Shown here piece by piece: positions 42,086-50,122 of a DNA stretch of 64,000 nucleotides. The stretch comes from Theionarchaea archaeon (lineage in GTDB: Archaea > Methanobacteriota_B > Thermococci > Methanofastidiosales > SZ-28-30): assembly GCA_018992685.1 (NCBI GenBank), contig JACVGT010000011.1:96001-160000 (forward strand), in the 5' to 3' direction. Below the pieces are notes generated by a model. The model was given only the letters and a program-made list of their open reading frames with translations, searched no databases and was not told where the DNA came from. Made by a program: the position numbers and the translations under genes. How positions within the stretch are numbered: position 1 is the stretch's first letter; each line of letters begins with the position of its first letter.

Positions 42086-42850
42086 ATGGAATGGAGGAAA
42101 ATATCAATTCGGGATCACAAGGGTAAGATTGCTTTCATAGTTCTGGCAGCAGTCTTGCTTGTAGGATATTTCATAGTATCTAAGCCCCTCACGTATCATC
42201 AGTATCACAGAGATATTACACGAAAAGTCGACAATGACTTTGAGGAAACCCTATTGGAAATGTCAGAAACCCTTGACTACCCCTCAATACTTGGATTTGA
42301 AGATGAGTGGGGAGAAGGAGAATTGAACCCGAAAGAAGAAATATACACACAATATATCAGCAAAGACTTTATCCAGTACTACTGGGATAGACTTGGGCAC
42401 TTGAAAAGCAGGTTGAGCAGAGGATACTGCTACATGTATTATGGAGCAGATGTTCACTATGTAGATAACCTGAGCGCTGTCGTCTACGAAAAAGACTCCG
42501 AACATTCTGAGTACAAGTATGCAATAACTCTGGAACCTCTCATATCCACACTTTACCCTGATATTGATATTCCTGCTTATGGTATGGCATCTTCTGTGTC
42601 ACACAGCTGGGTTGCATTCTGGAATGGAAAGGATTTTGACATACTGGAAGGAATTGTGATCGGCGAAGATGATAACATTCTGCTAGAACGAGATTTCACT
42701 GACTGCATTCTCGTTGAGATGGTTCTTCATTATGGGAGACAAACGTTCGTGCTATCGGGTTCTGGATTCGTTCTGTTTCAGGATGTGGTATTCGACCAGA
42801 ATGGAGACATACTGATGATCAGTATATGGAGAATTGACTGGGAGAGTTGA
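42086..42850 (+). CDS. Hypothetical membrane-anchored protein
   Basis: 254-aa ORF with N-terminal TM. Confidence 0.65.
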   Translation: MEWRKISIRDHKGKIAFIVLAAVLLVGYFIVSKPLTYHQYHRDITRKVDNDFEETLLEMSETLDYPSILGFEDEWGEGELNPKEEIYTQYISKDFIQYYWDRLGHLKSRLSRGYCYMYYGADVHYVDNLSAVVYEKDSEHSEYKYAITLEPLISTLYPDIDIPAYGMASSVSHSWVAFWNGKDFDILEGIVIGEDDNILLERDFTDCILVEMVLHYGRQTFVLSGSGFVLFQDVVFDQNGDILMISIWRIDWES

Positions 42851-42933
42851 TTAGAACTGGCAGATACTTGTACGAGGTTTCGCAGGAGATCCTGTAACTC
42901 AGAGACTATGGGGCCCAGGCAGCCCTCCAAATT

Positions 42934-43659
42934 TCAATTCTTTTTTACTATGTGCAATCTTTCTAGCGAATAAACATAATCCCTCGTTTGTATTTTCCAA
43001 TCTGATAGATAATCCGCAATGAAAGACCATATCGGAGCCATGTATCTTAGTTCACCATGCAGTAAACAGGAAAAAGTGATGTGCTCATGGTTGGATCTTT
43101 TCTTTCTCAGTTGGGAAAGCGGTCTCTCTTTCTTAAATTCTGTTGAGGAATACCACTTTGATTCATCCACTATAGACAGATGTTCTGTGGTGTAGATTGG
43201 TTCAATGAGCTCCACACGATTATTATAGACGCCAGTTTCTTTAATGTACCGTTCCACATCTTCCAGATATTCAGGTTCTCCGCGTAAGATAAGCGCAAGA
43301 TAGAATAGCTCTCGAGAGAGCCCCCTGGAGTGAAGAAGTGCCAGTATATATAGGGAGAAAATGAGTGCAATGCCAGCAAGAAGAAGAGAATGGTCATGAA
43401 GATACATGCCACAGAAAAAGACCGATAAACTCCACGTTCCAAGAGCCATAATAATGTGTTTCATTCGTGTGTAATACTCAGGCATCGGTGCACTCTGTCC
43501 TGAAGTAAACAGGGTGAGAGAAGTGAGACCTGACATCCAGGCCATTAATCTCATCCCATAGCCGTGATAGGGAGAGGGATACAGAATACAGAAAATGAGT
43601 ACAAGTGCTACATTTGCGAGGTGGAGTATTATCATGGTACGGTTTCTCGTTGTTATCAC
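42934..43659 (-). CDS. Hypothetical protein, 4 N-terminal TMs + soluble domain
   Basis: 241-aa ORF. Confidence 0.6.
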   Translation of the reverse strand: MITTRNRTMIILHLANVALVLIFCILYPSPYHGYGMRLMAWMSGLTSLTLFTSGQSAPMPEYYTRMKHIIMALGTWSLSVFFCGMYLHDHSLLLAGIALIFSLYILALLHSRGLSRELFYLALILRGEPEYLEDVERYIKETGVYNNRVELIEPIYTTEHLSIVDESKWYSSTEFKKERPLSQLRKKRSNHEHITFSCLLHGELRYMAPIWSFIADYLSDWKIQTRDYVYSLERLHIVKKN

Positions 43660-43934
43660 CTGCGATTACATCAGTCCACCGTATGCACAGTCTCTTGAAG
43701 GTTGTAAGCCTATTGATATCCCCTGGATTATCGGAAGACTGAGGATCATCAGAGCTACTATGAAAGTCTCTGGTTATAAATCTGTGGCCTTAAAGGTCGT
43801 AGATCACCTCTTTTTGGCCTCTTGAAATACATTCAAAGAGCAGTCACATAAAAAAGCTTATACATCTTGAGTCTCCCAATCAAAGGTGGAGGATCTGATG
43901 GTTCGAGAGAGTGAAGAAGAGGAGTAATGATCAC

Positions 43935-44591
43935 ATGAGTAAGGATTTTCAGACGAGTTGGATGGAGATTTTTCTCCAGCGTGTTGAGGAGATTGCGGGA
44001 CAGGAGATCAAGGAGAAAGTGCAAGAAGGGAAAGAGAAGCTGCCCCTGCCCAACACACCAAAGGCAAGAAAGGAAATCTCAACATGGATTGCCCATGCCA
44101 TTGAGAAGCTCGATAATCTGGTCGACGAGAAAAAGAGAACCGACATACTGGTGGCCACCTGTCCCCATACATACCCAAAGAAGCGTATACGTGAGATGAG
44201 AGCCCTGTTCCAACAACTGGGCAGCATTGACAGGCTCATTGAAGAAATGCTAAAGGATACATCCTGGGGAGGCGTCCCCTATTATGATTATCCAGAAAGG
44301 GTCGAAACCGTCATCCGTATTACCAAGGTTCCTTTCAATCCTAAGGCCTACAAGATTGCTCAAACTGAACAGGAAAAAAGAAATTCCTACTGTCACTGCC
44401 CTGTGGTGCGGAAAGCCAATATGGAAATATCATCCACCATATGTTGCTGCTCGGGAGGATGGGATAAACAGCTATGGGAAGGTATTCTGGGCGAACCTCT
44501 TCGTGTAGAGCTTGCAAAGTCTATACTCAAAGGGGACGAATGCTGTGTCCATACTATCGAGATTCCTGCTCACTTTGTCGAGGGCCAGTAG
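43935..44591 (+). CDS. DUF6144-like Cys-rich protein (V4R-like C-terminus)
   Basis: YCHCP, ICCCSGGW....WE..LG.PL.VEL.KSILKGDECC. Confidence 0.7.
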   Translation: MSKDFQTSWMEIFLQRVEEIAGQEIKEKVQEGKEKLPLPNTPKARKEISTWIAHAIEKLDNLVDEKKRTDILVATCPHTYPKKRIREMRALFQQLGSIDRLIEEMLKDTSWGGVPYYDYPERVETVIRITKVPFNPKAYKIAQTEQEKRNSYCHCPVVRKANMEISSTICCCSGGWDKQLWEGILGEPLRVELAKSILKGDECCVHTIEIPAHFVEGQ

Positions 44592-44633
44592 CTGCCCGCA
44601 TTTGGGCACAAATCCCATGACATCCTGGCAATT

Positions 44634-45500
44634 TCATGCCTTGAATCGTCTCCTAAGAGCTCTATATCCTTCCTCAAAAGTGCAAGGATACCCCAATAAT
44701 GCATCTTTCATGATATAGAGTGGAATTCTCTTGAAGTACAATTCCGATCGCAGGAGCATCTCTTCGTCCTTTGTACCTTTGTATGACTCGAAGACACGGG
44801 TTGCAAATGGTAAGCCATATTCTCGTAACCCAGTGAAATCGATAGCTGGATCACCAAGAGAGCGATCGCTAAAGTCAATGATGTTTATTCGCCTTTCTTG
44901 AGCGTCCCATAAGATGTGTTCGCTTCCCAAATCATTATGAGCGAGTACATGGGAATAATCGTGGCTAAGGGCAATTTCTAGTTCTTCAAAGTATTCTTCG
45001 ATGGAATGAATATATTTCTCAGGTAGACGAGGATAGAGAAGAACTCGTGTGTCTCGGACGAGCTCTTCGTACATTCTTTTCTGGTCTTCTGTTCTAACGT
45101 GACATTTCTTGAGGATGGATCTTGGTGTGGCGTGGAGAGCTGTAATGAATCCAGCGAGTTGGTTGGCAGCGCATTCCTTTTCAGAATCAGATAGGTGCTG
45201 AAAGCGAGAAGTCGTGAGTTCCAGGCCTTTCACCAGTGGATACCCGGCAAATGATTCGTCTCTGGAAATGTAAATGTAGTCAGGAATACCTACATCGACT
45301 TTTCTTTTCAGATAATGAAGGAGTTGTATCTCATTCATGAGCTCTCTCCTGTAAGAAGAATCTCGTGGAGCACGAAACACAATCATCTCATCGAGGATGA
45401 TGACTACATGATCCCACCCCTGAGTCAGGTAGCGATAGGTCTTCCATTCGAGTTCTGGAAACTCCTCTCTGATTCTCTGTAAGAAGCATTCCTCTTTCAC
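44634..45500 (-). CDS. Aminoglycoside phosphotransferase (APH)-family kinase
   Basis: GWDH, VFRAP, HNDLGSEHIL, IIDFSD...GDPAIDF; likely GTG start at 45500. Confidence 0.85.
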   Translation of the reverse strand: MKEECFLQRIREEFPELEWKTYRYLTQGWDHVVIILDEMIVFRAPRDSSYRRELMNEIQLLHYLKRKVDVGIPDYIYISRDESFAGYPLVKGLELTTSRFQHLSDSEKECAANQLAGFITALHATPRSILKKCHVRTEDQKRMYEELVRDTRVLLYPRLPEKYIHSIEEYFEELEIALSHDYSHVLAHNDLGSEHILWDAQERRINIIDFSDRSLGDPAIDFTGLREYGLPFATRVFESYKGTKDEEMLLRSELYFKRIPLYIMKDALLGYPCTFEEGYRALRRRFKA

Positions 45501-45555
45501 AAAGTCATTTTGACTACTCTCTATAAAGTTCTTCTTATAGGCATCATTCCGAACG

Positions 45556-45711
45556 CATCCTGGCATGGCTGTGTTCTCTGGGGAATATCCTGGAAGTTAA
45601 TATTGAGGAGGTAGCTCTGGGCAAGTATAATGATGTATGCCCTCAATGCAAAAAGCTACCCTGTGAATGCTCCCTGCAGTGAGCATGTTTGGCAGCTCGG
45701 GTGCTAGCCCG
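45556..45711 (+). repeat. Diverged direct copy of the MazG-like gene 3' end and downstream flank (22807-22962)
   Basis: 156 bp, colinear without indels, about 18 mismatches by eye. Confidence 0.9.
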
Positions 45712-46190
45712 TGATTTGTCCAATGAATCATCCCTCCCCTCAGTAATTCAATGACCTTTGTGTATACCTTGAGATTCTGGACAACAGCTAGGAGCATGAC
45801 ATGGGTCTTTCGGGTGTGGCGAAGACAGCGTTGTGTCCTGTTGCTGTGTCCAGTCTCCGTCCCGTCAAAGACACCTTCAATCATTCCACGAAATTGCTTA
45901 TAGAGTGTTTCACAGAAGTCTTTCCGTGCTTTCTGTCGAATGAGAGAAGCACCGCAGGATTCCCTCTGTTTGATCATGGGGATGAACCTCTCTTGTATTC
46001 AAGTCTGAGGTATTCCTCACTGTCATACCCTCTGTCACTGAGAACAATTCCATGAAAGATTTTGCGCGTCAGGAAATCATAGTAGCGTGAATTGTGGGCA
46101 GTACCATGAGAAACAGCGGCTGTAACAAGTGCAGTGACTCCATGCCCTGGAGTAAGTCCTTGTTCTTTCCAGTAGGCAAATCGAAGCTAC
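45712..46190 (-). mobile_element. IS5-family transposase remnant (frameshifted, 5'-truncated)
   Basis: Manual translation IVLSDRGYDSEE, then shifted-frame YKQFRGMIEGVF...MLLAVVQNL (DDE C-terminal motifs). Confidence 0.75.
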
Positions 46191-46197
46191 TCAACTC

Positions 46198-46593
46198 CTA
46201 CATTATGGGATAGTAAAGATAACCAGGTTCCATTGAACCTATGTCATGAGGTCTTGGAAGAATCATTGCTAGAGGTCGGTCATGAATACTGGGGTTATCA
46301 GGAATTCTTTCAATGTCACATTCTACAACGAAGATCAGTGACGCATCAATTGCGAGCATGTCTGTAATCCCCGTATTCAAGACTTTTCTCGCCTGCTCTA
46401 TAGCTTCATCTGTTGAATACTTGAGGAATCTATCTAGTCCCTCTACAATAGTGAGTTTTTGGTGAGAATTGGTCTCAATCAATCTCAATAGATTAATAAT
46501 GCTTGTCTTGTGTATTAGAGTGAAATCTTCATCATGAATATCTCCGAATTTCTGACCCTCAATAACGTGGAATCCTCGTTTCCGTAGGTCCAC
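46198..46593 (-). CDS. Small protein, possibly an inactive P-loop (BrxB-like) accessory subunit
   Basis: Start directly abuts the methylase stop; hhhhEGLD Walker-B-like strand; family uncertain. Confidence 0.6.
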   Translation of the reverse strand: MDLRKRGFHVIEGQKFGDIHDEDFTLIHKTSIINLLRLIETNSHQKLTIVEGLDRFLKYSTDEAIEQARKVLNTGITDMLAIDASLIFVVECDIERIPDNPSIHDRPLAMILPRPHDIGSMEPGYLYYPIM

Positions 46594-49206
46594 TTATTTC
46601 ACCTCCAAGCCGAAGTCCTCCAAGGTCTTGCTAGGTGAGGTTTTGAAGGTGTGATATATCCTTTTCCATGTTGTATTATTCGTCCGCTCCGCCATAAATC
46701 CCATATACTGCCCCAACCTCTCCTTGTCGAGACCTGTTCGGAGTATCATTTCGAGTGTACTACCAAAGTTTCCATTGTCTTCTCTATCTATCCATAATAG
46801 ATGAGCTGCGTCAATGTAGGTTAAAGGAATTCTCCTGGACATCTTTTTGTCGATGAAGTCTTTTCTTTCATTCGGCGGTGTAATAGTCATTATATCCTTT
46901 TTTTTGTCTCTCACCACCAGTTTCTCCTCTTCAAACGTATTTGTTTCTATGCCTCCGTGTCTAGTGAGCTTGTTAATTGTATCATTCGAGATTTTCACTT
47001 TCTTCGCAAAGATGCTAGCATATATCTTTGATATCCGATCAACATCTGGCACTCTCTCCAATACACGCCTCAATAGTGAATCAAATACAATGTCTCCCAT
47101 GATTTCCATCGAAACTTCTGAGACATCGAATACCTGACTATCTCTCGTAATGTTCCCATAGTTTCGGCTGTAAACCTGCAAGGCCTTTCCCATTGCAATT
47201 ATGAAGGCATCTTCAACTTCAAGGTCGGGATGCTTGTCGACAATAGTGCTTATGCTAATATCAACATGGCTTCTTAGCTCGCTTTCAAATATTACCCAAG
47301 GTACTTGCTGGTGCTTTCTTTCGAGAAGCTTACGACAGACTATAATTGAATTATAGTTTATTCCAAAGGCTCTTACTCCACTTGGAGTCTCACCATGCGT
47401 TGGATAAACTGCAGTAACATAAAACCCTGCTTTGAGTATTGCACTTAAAATCGCAGACCACGCTTCAGTTTTCTTGTGCTGGAATACAAAAACCAATATA
47501 CCATCTTCTCTAAGAACTCGGTGGGATTCGCTAAGCACTCTTGTCATTCCTTCAATGTAGAACCTTTCATTTTTACCCTGAGTAGCATTGACCAGTATTT
47601 CTCTGTCTTTTCTTGTGAGCGGAGATTTGAAAACATCTTTGTCTTCCAACCCTAACCTGAGCCAGACATAGAAGAAATCTGACAGTTCAGAGTACATTAT
47701 GTTGGCATAGTACGGAGGATCAGTTATTACTGCATCAACACTTTTTTCTGGGATGAAATCAAGATCCTCTGCAGTATCACATCTTAGTAGTACATCTCTA
47801 TCCCCAAGGAGATCTTCAAAGTAACTGGTGTTGTTACCATTGATTTCTTCATCTTGTATGATTAATTTACTTCTGATCTTTTTTCTTTGTCCATGTTTTC
47901 CTTTTTTCAACTTGAATCTTATCTCATATGGACTTTGTTGATATTCAAGTGCCCTGAGCGCTTTTTCAAAATATTTCCGGAATGTTCCTCTCCCGTATTT
48001 CGTTCCCCACACATTTCCTTCAATCGGAAATACTGGTGGCCAGAAATGGTGACCACCAAAGAGTGGTTCAATCTCAAGTCTTATCATGTTGTATACTGTG
48101 AACATATTATTTGAATTCAGACTATCTGAGAAGAGGATTAGAAGAAATTCCTTGATATTCTCATCTTCGGTTTTCAATATTTCTTCGAGGACTAGGCTAA
48201 GGCATACAAGCTGTCTCTTGTTAAACATTTGATACCAATAGCGGTAATTAAAGTTCCTCATTTGATTTGTGTTGAAACCAATAGGAATTTCCTGAAGAGG
48301 TATTAATTTCCCAAACAGTTGATCTCTCTTCTGGATAAATTCGCTATTTGCCCTCATGTACAGTTCAATGTCCTTTTCATCAGGCTTCTTGTAATCTCTT
48401 CGCTTCCATCCGCTTTCTTCGCACTCCTGACAGTAGTATTCTATTGCGTACATCTCATGTTCTGGTGGGTTTTTGGTGTCTTTCACTGCAGAGAGAATAT
48501 CTCCTTGGTATTTGCAGTGTTGGCACTTATATATCTTTCCAGTAGCGAATCCATTGTCAGGACTGAATCTGCTGGCACAGGCAGAACAAAGGATTACTTC
48601 AAGACTCTTTTCTGCGGAAAAGATTTCACCACATCTGGGGCACTGATAAACCCAGTGATCCCTGAGTTTGGCAACTACAAAAGACCTATACAATGGTACA
48701 TCTTTGCTGCAGTTTTCACACTTCACCTTCTTTGCCCAAAAAACATACATTACATCTGCATTGTGACCTTTGTTGCATGAAGTCCTATAATAAGATAGTA
48801 TCTGATTCTTGGTTGCTTCTTCGATTCTCTTAAGCTCTTTTCTTATTCTTGTTTTTTCCACAGGTTTAAGTTCCATTCTTGTGATATACCATGCCAGGGG
48901 ATTTATGTCAATGCCTATCATTCTGCAACCGAGTCTATGCCCTTCTATGATTGTTGTACCACCGCCCATAAAAGGATCAAGAATAATAGGGGGATTTCCT
49001 TTCTTGTTTCTTAATTTACTTCTTTTGTAATAGTGGATCATGGGATCTTCTTCAAGAAATGTGCCAAGTATGAGTGCCCGAAAAGTACTACCAACCCTGC
49101 GGGCAAACCATTTATGAATATGATATATTGGTTTTCTCGCATTGCTTTCACTCCAGGCGATTTCATCTATCTGTTCGATTGGAAAGTCTTTTTCGATATA
49201 CGGCAC
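46594..49206 (-). CDS. DUF1156-type adenine DNA methyltransferase with Zn-ribbon insert
   Basis: PIYHIHKWFARR, ILDPFMGGGTT (SAM-binding), ITDPPYY (catalytic), YSELSDFFYVWL, five CxxC pairs. Confidence 0.9.
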   Translation of the reverse strand: MPYIEKDFPIEQIDEIAWSESNARKPIYHIHKWFARRVGSTFRALILGTFLEEDPMIHYYKRSKLRNKKGNPPIILDPFMGGGTTIIEGHRLGCRMIGIDINPLAWYITRMELKPVEKTRIRKELKRIEEATKNQILSYYRTSCNKGHNADVMYVFWAKKVKCENCSKDVPLYRSFVVAKLRDHWVYQCPRCGEIFSAEKSLEVILCSACASRFSPDNGFATGKIYKCQHCKYQGDILSAVKDTKNPPEHEMYAIEYYCQECEESGWKRRDYKKPDEKDIELYMRANSEFIQKRDQLFGKLIPLQEIPIGFNTNQMRNFNYRYWYQMFNKRQLVCLSLVLEEILKTEDENIKEFLLILFSDSLNSNNMFTVYNMIRLEIEPLFGGHHFWPPVFPIEGNVWGTKYGRGTFRKYFEKALRALEYQQSPYEIRFKLKKGKHGQRKKIRSKLIIQDEEINGNNTSYFEDLLGDRDVLLRCDTAEDLDFIPEKSVDAVITDPPYYANIMYSELSDFFYVWLRLGLEDKDVFKSPLTRKDREILVNATQGKNERFYIEGMTRVLSESHRVLREDGILVFVFQHKKTEAWSAILSAILKAGFYVTAVYPTHGETPSGVRAFGINYNSIIVCRKLLERKHQQVPWVIFESELRSHVDISISTIVDKHPDLEVEDAFIIAMGKALQVYSRNYGNITRDSQVFDVSEVSMEIMGDIVFDSLLRRVLERVPDVDRISKIYASIFAKKVKISNDTINKLTRHGGIETNTFEEEKLVVRDKKKDIMTITPPNERKDFIDKKMSRRIPLTYIDAAHLLWIDREDNGNFGSTLEMILRTGLDKERLGQYMGFMAERTNNTTWKRIYHTFKTSPSKTLEDFGLEVK

Positions 49207-49207
49207 C

Positions 49208-50122
49208 CTATCTACCTCGATTCTGTTTTATTTCGATAAATGGGATGATCGTTTCAAGAAAAGATAATCCACCATGTCGCACATGGACGTATTTTCCTCT
49301 TTTTATAGTATTGTACCTTCCCACAAGTATCCAGTAGTTGTCAAACTGCCTGCAGTATCTTTTCAGAGATTCTGGAACGCTAGACGAATACCTCTTGTTA
49401 CTTGGGAAATCCGATAATCCCTTCCAGGAGAAGGTATCCACAAAATATCCATGATCTGAGGTGACAATAATCCTATCATAGAATGATAGGTGTTCTAACA
49501 ACTCAAAAAGAATGCTCTTTGTTTTACTAAGCACCTTTTTGAGATCTTGGGTTTCGAATGCACTCGTGAACTGAGAAAACATAAAGTCGGGAAACGTCGA
49601 CCAGATCAGCAACTTATTCTTGTCCACGGGAATATCACCAATGGCATCCTCTCTTTCCAAGTGGACGTAATAATACTCGTCTCCAGTTCTAATTTGTGAA
49701 GGTGACGAGGTGTTGAAGTATTGACTTGTGAAGAATTCCGTTTCGCTCGGGATTGCCGAGAGTGTGTATCCATATCTTATCTCTTTGTGTCTTTTCAAAT
49801 CTCTTGATAAGGGTATAGCCTCTCTTAGGCTCATTCCGTCCATAATTATAAGACAAAAGCAGTTTTCCAATGCTATCATTGGTATTGCATTGTTCTTGCC
49901 TACGTTCTGTAAGATAGAGTCAAATACCTCTGGAAAGATCCTGAAAACTTGTTCTTCAAATTTGGATGTTAACTTCTCCCCCAGAGGGTAGTAATTGTCT
50001 TCTTCTGACAACGCGTAGTTCCAGATTTCATTGAGAGATACGAATATCTCATCTAATGGATCTCCCTGGATAAGTTTATTAATATCAGCGATTCTAACCG
50101 AATCCTTGTCTATCTCTATCAT
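49208..50122 (-). CDS. pglZ: PglZ-like alkaline-phosphatase-superfamily protein (short, core domain only)
   Basis: IMDGMSLRE, SAIPSET, IIVTSDHGY, HGGLSFLETIIP. Confidence 0.85.
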   Translation of the reverse strand: MIEIDKDSVRIADINKLIQGDPLDEIFVSLNEIWNYALSEEDNYYPLGEKLTSKFEEQVFRIFPEVFDSILQNVGKNNAIPMIALENCFCLIIMDGMSLREAIPLSRDLKRHKEIRYGYTLSAIPSETEFFTSQYFNTSSPSQIRTGDEYYYVHLEREDAIGDIPVDKNKLLIWSTFPDFMFSQFTSAFETQDLKKVLSKTKSILFELLEHLSFYDRIIVTSDHGYFVDTFSWKGLSDFPSNKRYSSSVPESLKRYCRQFDNYWILVGRYNTIKRGKYVHVRHGGLSFLETIIPFIEIKQNRGR

